Made by a program: the position numbers and the translations under genes. DNA of 63,020 nt, counting the filler, from Platydemus manokwari (lineage: Eukaryota): assembly GCA_037951405.1 (NCBI GenBank). It is 5 parts of 5 records of this genome, joined end to end, with 100 filler letters (N's around TTAATTAATTAA, not from the genome) between each part and the next. Parts side by side here need not be neighbours in the genome. Positions count along the whole stretch, not along the records: positions 1 to 13,148 come from JBBMOY011823612.1; positions 13,249 to 29,270 come from JBBMOY011222543.1; 3 more parts are not named here. One strand, given 5' to 3'. How positions within the stretch are numbered: position 1 is the stretch's first letter; each line of letters starts with the position of its first letter. The notes beneath the pieces were generated by a model, which did not search any database, was not told where the DNA came from, and worked only from the letters and a program-made list of their open reading frames with translations. Shown here in pieces: positions 1 through 13,739 of the stretch.

Positions 1-1129
1 AGCAATGAATCCAAATCGAAGATCTTTGCGTGGTGGTAACGCTAGATATCCGGAATTGGAAACGAAATTACACGAATTGATCCTAATTCAACGTGAACGA
101 GAACTTCAAGTGTCGGTTGTTTGAATTCGTTTACAGGCACAAGTAATTGCTAAAGAGAGGAAGATTGAAGGATTTGTCACGAGCTCTCAATGGACTGATA
201 ATTTCATAAAACGCAAGAATATTTGTGTACGACGGCCTACCACGAAGCCACAATTGTCGAAAGATTGGGAATTTCATATGGCCAAGTTTAGAAGCACTAT
301 CGCAGATTTAAAGAAGGATTTGCCCGATAATCAAATCGGTAATTTTGATGAAGTGTCAGTTCAATGTGACATGCCTTTAGGGTACACAGTTGAGACTAAA
401 AGTGCCAATGAGGTCCGAATTAAAACTATAGGACATGAGAAAAAACGATTTACCGTCAATCTATGTGTTCTCAAAGATGGTACTTAACATCTGCCTTTTG
501 TTATTTTGGGCACAAAGAAACATCCAAAGACTTGCATTCCTGAATCAAAGCTTGTCATTGCAAGTAATGGATCTGGTTGGATGAATCATGAAACTCTTGA
601 GATATGGCTCAAGAAAGTATGGAAGAGTCAAATTACATTGCCTCCAAAGACATCATGGAACCAGGATCCAAAAGTTCCATCATTGCTTTTATTTGATATG
701 CATCGCTCACATCTTGTCAGTAATACACTTGATAAAATTAAGAAGGAATCCAAAGTAGCCTTCATACCTGCCGGATTGACATCAAAAGTGCAGCCATTAG
801 ATCTTACTGTTAACCGTTCGTTCAAGTCAAAATTGCGCAAGAAATAGGAGGATTGGATCATTAAAGATTATGAAAACATCAAACATATTAAGTCCGGAAA
901 TATGAAAGCAGCTGACTGGAATACTATTTTCGAATGGATTGTCTCCTCTTGGGAAGATGTTAACCTTTCCACCATTTTGAATGGTTTTCGTGTTGCATTC
1001 GGTGAAGACGACGATGTTCTTGAAATTGAAGAAAATGAAATGAATGTGAACGAGTCTGATCCAAACATTGTAGAATTACTAGAAAATTTCACTTTTATTG
1101 ACAATGAAAAGTGTGATGTTGAAAATTGA
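1..1129 (+). mobile_element. pogo/Tigger-like DNA transposon, 5'-truncated at the window edge; transposase pseudogene (CENP-B/Tc5 HTH + DDE_1)
   Basis: ORFs 254-487, 506-847 and 902-1129 and the upstream sequence are all in one frame, broken by stops at 122-124, 485-487 and 845-847. Motifs: ARYPELETKL...WTDNFIKR (HTH), IGNFDE, GHEKKRFTV, GWMN, LLLFDMHRSH, IPAGLTSKVQPLDLTVN, and an acidic C-terminal tail. Confidence 0.93.
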
Positions 1130-1489
1130 AATAAATAATCTTATCTTCGATTTAAATTGTTTTTTAGTTGTATACGCTGCACATCATATTAGCTGCAATT
1201 AAAAAATGTCAAGTCAACATTTATGTCACCAGCTAGCCTAAATTGTCAAATCTACTCAAACAGCACTCGATTAATGAAGTGAACATTTTAGAAATTTGTT
1301 CACTATGAGAAATAAGCGCCTCCACTGTGATTGAATAATGAACACGTGTTATTTATTTGCCAGCTAAATGAAACACAATTCCATGTTTCAACACAAAGTT
1401 TTCCACATTCAATTTGAGATCTCATATTTGATTGGCGAATATATTTTATATTAATGTACAGATCAAACGATTCACGAAAATAATCTAAA

Positions 1490-2290
1490 TTATAATAAAT
1501 CTAAAAATTGATATTGATTGATATTTTTACAAATCCTCTCATCGCCCTTCTCATAACGATGGCCATATACCTCAACTTCGCAAATATTGATTGCACTTTC
1601 TTTAAAGGGTTTCTAAATAACAATTGATCTTGCCACCTAAATGTGAATTTCAACAATTCAAATCATGATTAAACTTAACAAGTCTGGTGAAATCAAAGGT
1701 GATAAATATTTCTTTATGTGCTGGCGGTCCTTCATAATATTGTATAAAGTAAAATATTGAGGAGCCGTTTGTAAACGTTTTTTTCTTATTAAAGCACGCG
1801 TAAAAGGTCAATTTCGAAGCTCGATAAACTGGAATAAACGTTATATTTATACATATGAAATAATAAAATGAAACCGTGCTGATCGGTTCTGAAATAAATT
1901 ATTATTCTTGAAATAACCGATAAAGTATTAAAGACAATCATCCACCATTTCTCTTTATTTTCTTCTAAAATATGATAGCGCGATCCTGGATTGTGTAGAA
2001 TATTGAAGGATATATAACTTTATATTTCTTGCTTTGAACATGTTCCCATTATAATTGCCATCCAAAGCTTTTTTTAGGAAAAGCATATCGCATCCACGGA
2101 ACAAGACTAAAATAATTTGCTGCAAATGCGGTTGCATTTTAGAAATCATTTCTACTCAAATATAATCAAATGAAATATAATCAAATATTACTATTTTCTG
2201 CAAGAGCAAAACTCGCAAAAGCTCCAACATAAGCGATAAGCATTTTAAAATATCAGCTAGATGAAATGCAATGAGAATTATTTCTGGCAA
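1490..2290 (-). pseudogene. F-type lectin (fucolectin/FTP domain) gene copy A, spliced, disrupted
   Basis: Spliced translation gives KALDGNYNG / GSRYH..KWWMIVF..IYFRTDQHVYR (H-X27-R-X-D-X4-R, close to the F-type fucose-binding motif) / INICEVEVYG. There is a +1 frameshift in an A-run near 2069-2075 and an in-frame TAG at 1613-1615. The 5' end is approximate. Confidence 0.8.
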
Positions 2291-3544
2291 ATAAATAATC
2301 ATAAAACACATTCAAGTGGGACAAATTAAGAAAAAATGGATAGAAAAAAGACGTATTCAAAACAATCTGTCATCACTAGCTTGAGAGTGAAATAGTTTCC
2401 CTCAACTGTAAAAACATAACTTTATCATTCACCAGGAAACAGAAAATTAACAACTCTTCAAAATGGTTCTTCAAATACGTTTTATCAATCATATTTTATC
2501 ACAACAAAAAATGTCAAACCAAATGCTCAATTATTCGAATATATTGTCAATGTTCATCGAATTGATTTTATTTCTCCCTTGTCTCTTTAAATATTAAGAA
2601 CACAGTTGAATTGAAATAAATTTATTTATGAAAATCATAAATTCACTAATTTTTTAATGCCAATGTGATCTATTTTATCATTTTAAATTCTGAATCAAAC
2701 ATATATCTACCTGCATCATACAATAACTCTCTGTTATTAATTAGTTTTTCCAACAGATTACCAAAATCTATTGATTTCATTTGCAGCAAACTCTTTCTTA
2801 TATACCTTTGTGAATTACTAAAACATTTGTGTTCCATCATTCTTTATTATACTTTGTTTAACATACAGTTAAGAGATTTATAGCTGGCTTCTTTAGATAA
2901 GCGATTCTCATCTTTTTTTGATAATCAAGATATTGATATTTCAGTAATAAAAATTTGTTTTCATTGTTTTGTAAAATAATTTGATATTAATTTACTTGTA
3001 AAGGACGATGAGTATTGAGGGAAATTTGGCGTATACTGTTCGATAACTTATTGTTTACACTACAGTAAAGCACGTAGTTATAAATGAAAGGCCATTCTCG
3101 CAAAAACCTTTGACAAAAATAATTCAAAATCCTTGAGAAAATCTACAAATCTCTTGCTGGAAAAACAAATAAAATAGATTTCGAAGTTTACTTTGAACAA
3201 ATGGGTACTGACGCTAATGCAGAACATTAGCAAGAATGATTAAAAATTGACTTTAGTTAAAGAATATATGAAACTGAGTCACCCATGTTTAGTTCCTCAT
3301 TCCATTGTAATATTAATAAAATATTATAAGTCGTTGTGATTGAAGAAGGGAACACAGAATTTAGTAAAAAATATTTCTGAATAAAATAATAGAACTGAAT
3401 AGATCATAATCTCACCAGCTCATTACAAATTATTGATTGGCAATCACAATTGATATAGCATAATCGAGGGATAAATTTCTCTTTAGCAAGTCAAATAAAT
3501 AAAAAATAGACTTACATAAAGTATAATTGGATTTAAATGTTCTG

Positions 3545-3912
3545 ATTTAACTTAACAAGTCTTGTAAAATTCACGGTGTTAGGTTATTCTATATGTGGTG
3601 GTGTTTCTTTGTAATAATAGTTATCAAATTATCATGCAAATGCGGTAGCATTTCTTGAAATGATTTCCACTCAAGTATCATCAAATATTACCATTTTTTG
3701 CAAGAGAAAAACTGGCAAGACCCCTGACATAAGCGATAAGCATTATAAAATATCACCAAAATGAAATGCAATGAGAATTATTTGTGGATAATAAATAATG
3801 ATAGAATACATTCAGTTGTAACAAATTGAAAACAATAAATAGAATAAACTGGTATTCAAAACTATTTGTAGTCACTAACTTTACAGTGAAATATTTTCAT
3901 TCAACTCTAAAA
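3545..3912 (-). pseudogene. Partial third F-type lectin copy (copy C) with an internal deletion
   Basis: 3545-3620 matches 1670-1740 and 3635-3912 matches 2120-2410 in the same orientation. The intervening exons carrying DGN, SCYH and RTD are missing. Confidence 0.7.
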
Positions 3913-4325
3913 ATATCCCTTGTAAAACTTTTTCAGATTTTTTTATCAGAAAGATATTATTAGATCAAAATTTTCAACAATTTCAAAACATATCACGATA
4001 AAATTTTATTTTCATTTTGTGCCGACAATTTTATGTTAGAAATAGAAATAAAAAATTCCTTAGATACTACTATTTTGTTGTTTGTTTTCGGAAATATTTG
4101 ATTTGACATTTGTTCGTCATTTTTGCGGTAATAATATATATGTTTGATAAAACATATCTGAGGAACCATTTCGAAGAAATGTTAATTTTTGTTTCCTTAT
4201 TCGAGTTTAATGGAAATATTTCATTTCAATCTGGTAATGACAGGTTGTTTTGAATACCAGTTTTTTCTGTCTATTGCTTTTAATTTGTTACAACTGAATG
4301 TGTTTTATCATTATTTATTTGACAG

Positions 4326-5083
4326 AAATAATTCTCATTGCATTTCATTTAGCTGATATTTTAAAATCCTTATCGCTCATGATGGAGCTCTTGCTAGTTT
4401 TGCTCTTGCTGAAAATGGTAATATTTCTATTATGTTTTTTTGATTATTCTACCGCAATTGCAGGAAATAGTTTTAGTCTTGTTCCGTGGATAGAAGATTC
4501 TTTTCCAGAAAAAGTGTTAGATGGTAATTATAATGGGCACATGCATGGAAGTTTAAATTTAACAATTTAATATTAAAATATTTTATAAAATTCTTCACAA
4601 TGCAGGATCGTGCTATCATAGTTTAGAAGAAAATAAGAAGAAATTGCTAATGATTGTGCTGAATGCTTTATCAGTTTATACAAGCATCAGAATTTATTTC
4701 AGAACGGATGGTTATGGTTTCATTTTTATTAGTTTATAAGCATAAAAATAAAGATTATTTCAGTACATCGAACTTCGAAATTTAGCCTTTACGTGAGCTT
4801 TAATGACGAAAAACGATTTAAAAATGGCTCATCAAAATTTTATTTTATACAATATTGTGAAGGACCGCCAGCACATAAAGAAATATATATATCGCCGTGA
4901 ATTTTACCAGACTTGTTAAGTTTAATAATGATTTCCATTATTGAAATTCACATTTCGTTGGCAAGATCAATTGTTATTGAGAAGCCTTTCAATGAAAGTG
5001 CAATTAACATTTGTGAAATTGAGTTATATGGCCATCGTTATGTTAAAGAAAACGAAATGATTTTTAAAAATATCAATCAATAA
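4326..5083 (+). pseudogene. F-type lectin gene copy B, spliced, disrupted
   Basis: FPEKVLDGNYNG / GSCYH..IYFRTDGYVHR / INICEIELYGHRY. A 2-nt TA slippage near 4885-4892 causes a TGA, and the last acceptor reads CG instead of AG (about 4956-4957). The 5' end is approximate. Confidence 0.8.
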
Positions 5084-6403
5084 AACTTTCACGAATTCCT
5101 AAAATTTAAATAATTTTCGTGGATCTTATAGGCTGTACAAGAATATAAAATATATTCACTAATCAAATGTGAGATCTCGAAATGTATTAATCTATTTACG
5201 GTTTACAGTTCATTAATTTTCAAAAATATTACGATTAGTGAAGTTTCATTTCGTTAATTAGATGACATTTGTCGAAGTGTTTTAATTCATCACTGAATAT
5301 TTCATTTTTGATTTTAAATTTCACTGATAAGTTAAACAGAATTACAAATTAATTTTTTAATTAATATATTTAATATGAACAATGTTTTTGATAAAAATAA
5401 TAATGTTGGATAAATTTTAATTTTAGAACATCATTTAAAAGTAATTATAATGATTTTTTGATAAATAATTATAAAAAATATAATTAATATAATGTGGCTG
5501 TAATGTTAATAAAATACTTTTGATTTTTTCAAATACATTTTGTCTATTCTTATTAATTTATCCACTGAATACAACCATATTTCAAAATCATCATTATTGC
5601 TGACAACAATGAAATTAATAATTTCCAGACATATCACGAAATGGTTCGATTTTAATTTAATCGTCAACAGTTTTATGGAGGAAATTAAAAATGGAGATAA
5701 AATGAATTCAATGTACAAGATATTTTTTGGAAGAATTATTTTTATGTTTTAGTTATGCTGACAAAGCATTGTATGCAATTTTACGTCGAATATTATTTTA
5801 TTTTCAAATTTCATTGTTAAATAAATTGTCTAAGTTATCTTTATAAATGTTTTTATATCAATTATAATATTTTGATTTGTTTTTATTATTATTTATAATA
5901 ATATTTATAATAATTATTAAAATTAAAAATAGATATAATTAATCACTTGGTAAATTTGTACGATTTATTAAGTACGGCAATGTGGGGCTTGATATTCTTA
6001 ATATATACTTATTTTTTCGGTCAAATTAAAAAGCGTTTGTTTTAATGAAATAAAAATATAAATAATTTTTAAAATAATAAAAAAATATTTAAAATCATAT
6101 TATATACATTTTGGTAATATTTAACGTGAAATTTGTTGTCTAAATTTTTGAACATTTTAAAATTCGAGATGTAAAAAAAAGCTATTGCCGGATCTCAAAG
6201 CATTCGATTTATTAATCACGGTAAAAAATGTAGAATTAATGATTGAAAACACACGATAAAAGCAATTAAAAATAAAAAAGAACTTGTTATTAACTTGTGT
6301 CTAGTAACTCAGTAAATAGTTAAAAAAATCCAATAACGTTATTTTATGAATTAAGATAATAAATCGAAGCTGATAAAGTAGAACATAATAATTTCGATAA
6401 TTC

Positions 6404-6813
6404 CATATCACGCATATGGATTCGATTCTGAAACGATCAACGATTGAAAATTTTAAAAAAAGAAGGAGCAATATATTGATACTCTTTTGATAACATACAA
6501 AGAAGTTATATAAGGAAGATATAAAGAACTTGCAGGAGAGATATAAAAGAATATATTAAAAGATGGAAGAATTCAAATTTTCGTGTAAAGAAATCTGTAG
6601 AGTATTCGACACATAAACAATTATCACAATCAAGGATTTTAAAAAAAGAGGATGTAAGATATTTTAAATGAATCAAATTTTTAATTCAAAGTTAATTCAA
6701 ATTAAATTCTCATTTTAAATAAAATTATATTTATTTGTTTAAATAAATTAATTGATGTCTTGATTTTTCAATTTGTTTTTAATGTATGGTTTTTGAAATA
6801 GTAGCGGCTAATA
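6404..6813 (-). repeat. LTR-like repeat family unit (inverted relative to 7104-7566)
   Basis: The minus strand starts TATTAGCCGCTACTATTTC and ends ...GAATCGAATCCATATGCGTGAT, matching the family start and end motifs. Confidence 0.7.
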
Positions 6814-7103
6814 AGTCTGTAATTATTTCACTGGATAGAAAAATGAATCAGGAAGTCATCGCAATAAGAAAAAATTAAAAATATAACAAAAGTAACACAT
6901 AATAATTGTGCGGATTACAAATTTATTTAAATCAATTACCGGAAACGGCATTTTTTTAAAAAAAACTATCAATAGTCAAAAATACTTTTATCTAGCAGGT
7001 TTGAATTTCTTGATTTCGGTTTTAATTCGTATTCATAGTAATGACATTAGCTGATAACACTCACCGTCTGGTTTCATATATTTGAGGTTATTTCAATGCT
7101 ATT

Positions 7104-7760
7104 TGTTAGCCGCTACTACTATTTTAAAGACCACATATTAAAATCAAACCAAAAAAAGTCAAGACAATCAATCTATATTAAATCCAAATATTTAAATAAA
7201 TATTTAAATATTTAAACAAAATTAAATTAAATCTGAATTAAATTTAAATAAAATATGAAATGAAATAGTTTTTAATTAAATAGAAATTTAATTCATATAA
7301 AACCTCTCACATCCCTCTTTCTTTAAAATCTTTGATTTCGTTAATTGTCTCTGTATCGAATACACATTTCATTACACGAAAACTCTAATTCTCCTACCTT
7401 TTAATATCTTCTTTTACATCGCCTTTTTATCTCTTCCACAACGTCTTTATTATTTCCTTATATCTTCTTTATATATTCTCAGTATATATCCAGTATCTTT
7501 CTCCTTCTTTTCTATAATTTTCAGTCATTGGTCTTTACAGAATGGAATTCAGATGCGTGGTCACCATGTTGGACGCTACTATTTTAAAAACACCACATTA
7601 AACCATACTGAAAAAGCAAGACACCAAAAATCTGTTTAAATACAATTATTAAAACAAATAAATTTAATTTTATATAAAAATATGATTTATTTAAAATTTA
7701 AATTAAATTTGAGAAAAAAAAATTAATTTATTTTAAATATCTCACAATTGTGAGCCCTCG
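7104..7760 (+). repeat. Two head-to-tail LTR-like units (7104-7566 complete TG...CA; 7567 onward partial)
   Basis: TGTTAGCCGCTACTA ... ATGCGTGGTCACCA|TGTTGGACGCTACTATTTT. Confidence 0.7.
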
Positions 7761-8392
7761 TTTGAATTCTATTCTTAGAAGATCGATGACAGGAAAATAT
7801 AGAAGATATACAAATAAAAGAATATAAAGAGAAGATACGGAATATAGAGACAATGTGGAAGACAAGCATGGAAAATATAGATAGACAAAGAGAATTTGTA
7901 AATAAAAGTAGAGGAAAGAATATATAATTCAACAACAATAGTTGTGAAGAAATTTAAAGATTTTTGAAGAAATAGCTTATTATCATTTAAAAATTTTTAT
8001 TAATAATTTTTAATATTTTAAATTAATTAAAAATACCCTGAATAGTTTGACTGAATATTTTTAATAAATATACTTTGTTGGGTTGAAGTTCTTAGATTCG
8101 TTATAAATTCGTATTTAATGCCCTAGTAGTGAGCAACAATAATCATTCTCATTCATTAATTTATCCACAAATGAAGAATGTAAAGAAACTCAATTTTATT
8201 TCGCTTACCTGATCTATTTCCCAAGAAATTATGGAAAAGAAATTATGGATCAAATAATTGTAAAATAAAATAGATATTTATACACAATCACAACTTCCAC
8301 AATTAAAAGCGTAAAATAAGAAAAGAAAAACCGTTGTCTACAAATTTTTCTTGCACATTTTCATTGCGAAGTTGTTATAATCTCTCTCTAAA

Positions 8393-9010
8393 TATACAAA
8401 ATAAGCCAATAGTTAGAGGGATATACGAAAATGTTGGCTTAAGTATCTGTTCAGTTTATTAAAGGTGTATACACAACAATGTAATGGATAAAAAGCAATA
8501 CTTTTATTTACAAATACTCAAATTGTCCACCATTTACTTCGATGCACTTCAAAACATCTTTTCTTCATCGATGAGCACTCTTTGTGACAAAGATCCGGAC
8601 CGCAAACCGTGACGGGTCGTTCAAGTATTGAAAAGTCATTTGTTGAACCTGTATCTTCTAACCGTTTAATTAGCTTGGAAACACTGTCATGCTTGATAGT
8701 CCTTTGAAATTCTCGTTCAAATAAACGACACGTTTCTGATTTATTAGAAGTCTTATAAAAAGTTTCGATGACGAACATTTTTGGATCTTTGTTGAGTCGC
8801 TGAGTTTTTTTTTCCATTTTCATAATGAGAGTTAAATTCCAATGAAAATACTCAATTTATAATTTCAAACTACCCGCTAAATTTAAAAAAAAATTCGCAT
8901 ATATAAACCATCTAGATAAAATATTATTAATGTCAGTGCTTGTTAGACGTGTAGGTGAGTGATTGAATAATTTTTATGTCACTACCCCCTAACTTCTGAC
9001 CAACCATATA
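8393..9010 (-). mobile_element. Internally deleted Tc1/mariner-superfamily element with an N-terminal HTH (DUF4817-like) transposase fragment (ORF 8518-8823)
   Basis: FVIETFYKTSNKSETCRLFEREF..VSKLIKRLEDTGST..RPVTV is typical of this transposase N-terminus. Degenerate TA-flanked TIRs: ..GCCAATAGTTAGAGGG versus the reverse complement ..GGTCAGAAGTTAGGGGG. Confidence 0.75.
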
Positions 9011-9099
9011 TATATATAAAATAAATAAAAAATCACCCGATTGAATTTATTTAATGAATATATAATAAATAAATAGAAGTTCTAAATTTTCTTTGCTTA

Positions 9100-12000
9100 A
9101 ATTTTCCACATTAAACCTGATATGCTCTGAAAGCTTTGCAAGCAAAATGACACCGATGGAAATTAATGCCATTCAATTGTGTTGTCTTTAAATAATGAAA
9201 TGATCAATTAGAAGTCATGAGGTATTAATATAATAAATAGGATATTATTGATATTTTTGTGAAATTGATTTTGAATCTCTTTTGTTTATTGCTGTGATTG
9301 ACTTTATAAATATAATGTCACTGAGCCAGTATTTAAATTGTATAATTGCTCATTATATTTCAGTTTTCATTCTTTTTACAAATCCTTTTATAATAAAAGA
9401 TCAATTTAACCTATTAACCTTATCTATTAATCAATAAATGTAGGTAATTTCTATCGTTGGGCTTAGATATTTTATTAATATATAAAAAGTTCTCTACCAC
9501 CTGAACTTGAATTATAATTAAATATCAGTCTCCTTATAAATGTTACTAATTCTATTGACAGAAACAAATAACAAAGTCGCTGTATGCAAATACTTTATTC
9601 GTTTAACAGGTTATAAAATATCCACTGCTGTAATGAAAACATTATAATGCTGCTAATCAATGATTCGGTAACCGATAATGTACAATGCTGTGCTGATAAC
9701 ACACGTGATCTGTCACTAATTAGATTATTGAACTTGTATTATCCCAACTTTATCGATTTTGAACTCATGCTCAAGGAATCTTAAATTACAAATCCTTATT
9801 CTAAAATATTGTTGGCTACTGACCCAAATCTAATTATATGTAATAATAAAATATTATTTTAAAAAATACTGAAATAATTAAAAAGAAAACAAAGAAACCT
9901 AGTTCATGTGATTTGAAGTACTATACAGTGTAACGAGCTCTAAAAGATCTATAGAACTTTGTTGAGTATTGATTGAAGAATAGAATTTCTAAACTTGTAA
10001 AAGAATTAAAGCGATATCATTACAATCAATTACCAAGAGTATTTCTAATCTTTTCCAAAGTTCGAGCCCAAGTTATGTGAACCTAAAGTAAAAAATATTC
10101 GTTTAGCTATTCATAATTTTCGATCTCTATCAAAGGTTTCCATGATAATTAATACCAATTTATTTTATTTTTATTCAGTTCAACTAAAATTTACATAAAC
10201 TGTATATTCAAATTCAAATTATTATTTACATTTGTAGAAACTTCTTGCGAAATCACAGCTATCATGAGATCACTACCATTGGAGTCATTCCTTAAAATCA
10301 GTTCTATCCAAATAGAATCTGAAAGCACGAGCATTATAAATAATTCATTATTTAAAAGAAACCTTGTTATTTGTTAAATAATTATTCTAGTTATCCTATT
10401 ATTGATTTTAATTATCCTTATTCTATCAATTGAGCTTATTATTTATGCTTTATTGAATTTTTTTTATTTATTGATTTATATCACTTATAAATTAACGACT
10501 TTTAGTTTCATCAAGTACCACTATTTGAGTCAGATCTACAATAAAATATTAATTGTGTTGGCTACTTATGAACAATAAATAACTGACTTCAATACAAAGG
10601 TGTATTAGTCAATGCACGAACTACAAAATCTTAACCCTAACTTGACTTAAAACTGGCAGTTGTCCATCTTTACATCGAACTTTATACTCGCGATCTGTGT
10701 GTATTTTTTGTGCCATGTTGTAATATATTTTGAAATGATATTTGTTTTTCTGTGTTCTTATTGGAATTTTAAGTTTTACATGAGTGGGATTGGTCAATTC
10801 CTATATGTGTGTTTTGTATAGTCATGCTCCTTTTCCAATTGTAATTCACCATCTACCTTCATTGTGATTGGCGGATTGCTGTGCTTGTATGATTGTGTAG
10901 GCATGCAAATTTTCAAATTTCCAAAACAAGGGTTCCAATTTTGTTTTTTCGGTTTGCAGAATTTCATCTCGCTCAACAATTGCATACTTCTATTAAAATA
11001 TGTTTACAAACAATTTATTTATAGCATAAACATAAAAAATCAATTTTATCATTTAATCGTCAATCACATTTTTACAAATAATACTTCTGAATTTTTGTGC
11101 TCATTTATATTCCGAAATCTATCTTTTAATTTCTCTAAACCATACAAAATGTAACAGAAATAACTCATTCCACATCCTATCCTAATTTACGATCAATATC
11201 AGCAAAAAATGTAAAAATTACTTAAACTACTTAAAATGATGTTCTTAATTTAAAACTTTCTAGCAGTGTTACTCTTATTCACAAAATTGAAAACCATATA
11301 AGATGCCGTTTGTCCCACATAGATAACGTGAGTACCAAAAATGATTCATTTTATTAAGTATACATTTTGAAATACTATATTTATACTCAATACATTAACA
11401 GTACTTTCTCAATGATAATAAATAAATAAATTCACCTTATACTAATAGATTTTCTTTAAAATAAATGATGTTTTTCAACAGTAACTTTTCTTCCAATTGT
11501 TTGAAGAAATTTTTTCAAATTTCTTAAATTCAGAAATACCTTTGACATAATTTCTTGTCCAGTAAGCTAGTTTTTCTTCGTGTGGTTTCTGAGCCGTCTG
11601 TATTTATGCCTCTATTTTCCAAGAAATTTTAAAATCTTTTAAGTAACGGATTTAATGAATTTTTTACCATATTAATATAAATATATCATATATTATCATT
11701 TGCTTTCCCAGTCCAATTTAATTGGTTGTGATTTATTTAATAAAACTGATTTATACCCAAATATACTATAACAAAACAATGAAATAATACATTACATAAT
11801 CATTTATAAAGATACAAGTTATTACAAAGCTGAAAGAAATTAATCACTCAGGATGAAAGCTAATTAAAATAATTAATATATTAGTTAAAGTAAAAACATC
11901 ATTAGTTTCCATCAATAAAAATCACGAGCGTTTCTTTCAATATTGAAACAAATCTAATTTTTTATCTTACTACTAATATCTCTAGATAGATTATATATGC

Positions 12001-13140
12001 GCAAAAATTTTATTTTTGGAAACCGTCCAAATCAATAATTTTGTCATCCCAGTTGTCTCAATCATGCCTCATTATTTCTTTAACCTTTACTTTGGCTAAA
12101 TTCATGTAACTACTATTATATTGTTTTCCATTTTTATCCACCTTTCTTCAGGATTCAAACACTTGATGATCCAATCAGCCCTATCCATGTATTGTGAGTT
12201 TGTTTCCTTTGTTATATGAATACCATTTAGATTTGACTGAGAGAGATTTCAGACTTCGTCACCATTCATTTCCTTCTAGTCCTACTGCCCCTTCATTTAT
12301 TGATCTATTCTACTTTCCCCCTTTATTCCAATACTAGAAAAAAATCTTTCTTTTGACTGCTAAATGTTATATTAATGTTATTTTTGTATTACTCGCTTTT
12401 ATATTAGTGTTGGTAAAGAATATGTTAGGATTATAAATCGGTTTAACAAGTAATACAATGTTACTGAAACTATGTGTTCATTTATAAAAAGATTATTTCG
12501 ATTAATTTATATTATATTTATGACGGGATAGCATACTGTAAACTGGTGATCGTATTTCTACTTTTGCAAAAAAACAAAATAACTTCAAGCATATATCTTC
12601 AGTCTGTTCAAATAAACAATGCAAGAGTTGAGCTCAGAATATTCGATCTTCTAATGAAAATGATAAGGTTAACTTTATCGAATACTTGTAGTTGTTGGAC
12701 TCTCTACCAGGTCAATTTAAAAAATCCACAAGAATTTGCTTCTGTATGAATATTTTACGATTGATTCTCAAAAAAATAAACAAATAAATAAACAAATTAG
12801 TAAACAGGTTTGAAATATCGATGTTTATTCTCAAAACATTTACAAACAGAAATCACTCAATTCGAAATGAGCTTCAAATCTCTACCACAAAGAAAACAAA
12901 AAGATAAAAAATCACTTATAATTATTATCTTAGTCGTTACTCACTAGTCATAGATAATTTGTAACCTCAATCCACAAATGAGTTTCTGATCACTCTTAAG
13001 AAACAATAAGGAAAGTAATAGTTTTGTAGAATCATTGCTACGATTCAAGAATCCCGATGAAAATTTATACTTGGAATTTAACAGAAAACTGTGTATTTCT
13101 TCCTATTTTGACAATTTTTTGGTTATTAATTAATTATTTC
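9100..13140 (-). pseudogene. Degenerate protocadherin/cadherin-repeat gene
   Basis: Cadherin-like fragments occur in order on the minus strand: CGTNGILYGF (~11300), TDREYKVRCKDGQLPVLSQVRVKI (~10630-10700), FKIDKVGIIQV..YNVFITAVDIL*P..TATLLFVSV (~9560-9770), and a hydrophobic ALISIGVILLA (~9140-9170). Phase-consistent GT-AG exons at 10318-10230, 10082-10034 and 9988-9921. Many stops elsewhere; boundaries approximate. Confidence 0.55.
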
Positions 13141-13148
13141 TGCGGGTT

Positions 13149-13248
13149 NNNNNNNNNNNNNNNNNNNNNNNNNNNNNNNNNNNNNNNNNNNNTTAATTAA
13201 TTAANNNNNNNNNNNNNNNNNNNNNNNNNNNNNNNNNNNNNNNNNNNN
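13149..13248. other. Assembly gap/linker (N44-TTAATTAATTAA-N44)
   Basis: 100-nt N run with a central stop-linker; identical design at four places. Confidence 0.98.
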
Positions 13249-13739
13249 GGGAAAATAATGAAAAGAAAATAATAATAAAATATTTGATCTATAAAATAAT
13301 AATCTATCCCATAATATTAGAATACTAACATTAATAATGATCAATAATGAAGAATATAAGCGAGAAAACCTTAAGTATAAAAATAGAAATACATTAAGTT
13401 GATAATGCAAATACATTTAAATAACCAACAGCAATAATATCAGTGTGTCATCCACTAATGGAAAATCCAACAAACTCGTCACAAAAAATATAATTGATAA
13501 AATTAAACATTAATCAATAACCATAGAAAATAATTCCCTAGTTTAAAAAAACATTTCCAAATATTTCCTTGATAAACTAAATAATTTTGAATTTAATCAA
13601 ACAAATCTAAAATAATTAGCTAATTTTTCAAAATACTACGAAAGGAAGACCCAAACACTCAAAGACATTAATTCAATTCGATTTTATCTAAATCAATAAT
13701 ATTTATCTAAATAGTTTTGTTCGAAACAAAAAATGAGTA

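Larger units (their letters stand above)
1410..5183. repeat. Diverged inverted duplication: about 1410-2530 versus about 4100-5183
   Basis: The reverse complement of 5134-5183 (ATTTCGAGATCTCACATTTGATTAGTGAATATATTTTATATTCTTGTACA) matches 1410-1460. Similarity continues through exons, introns and 5' flanks. Confidence 0.9.
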
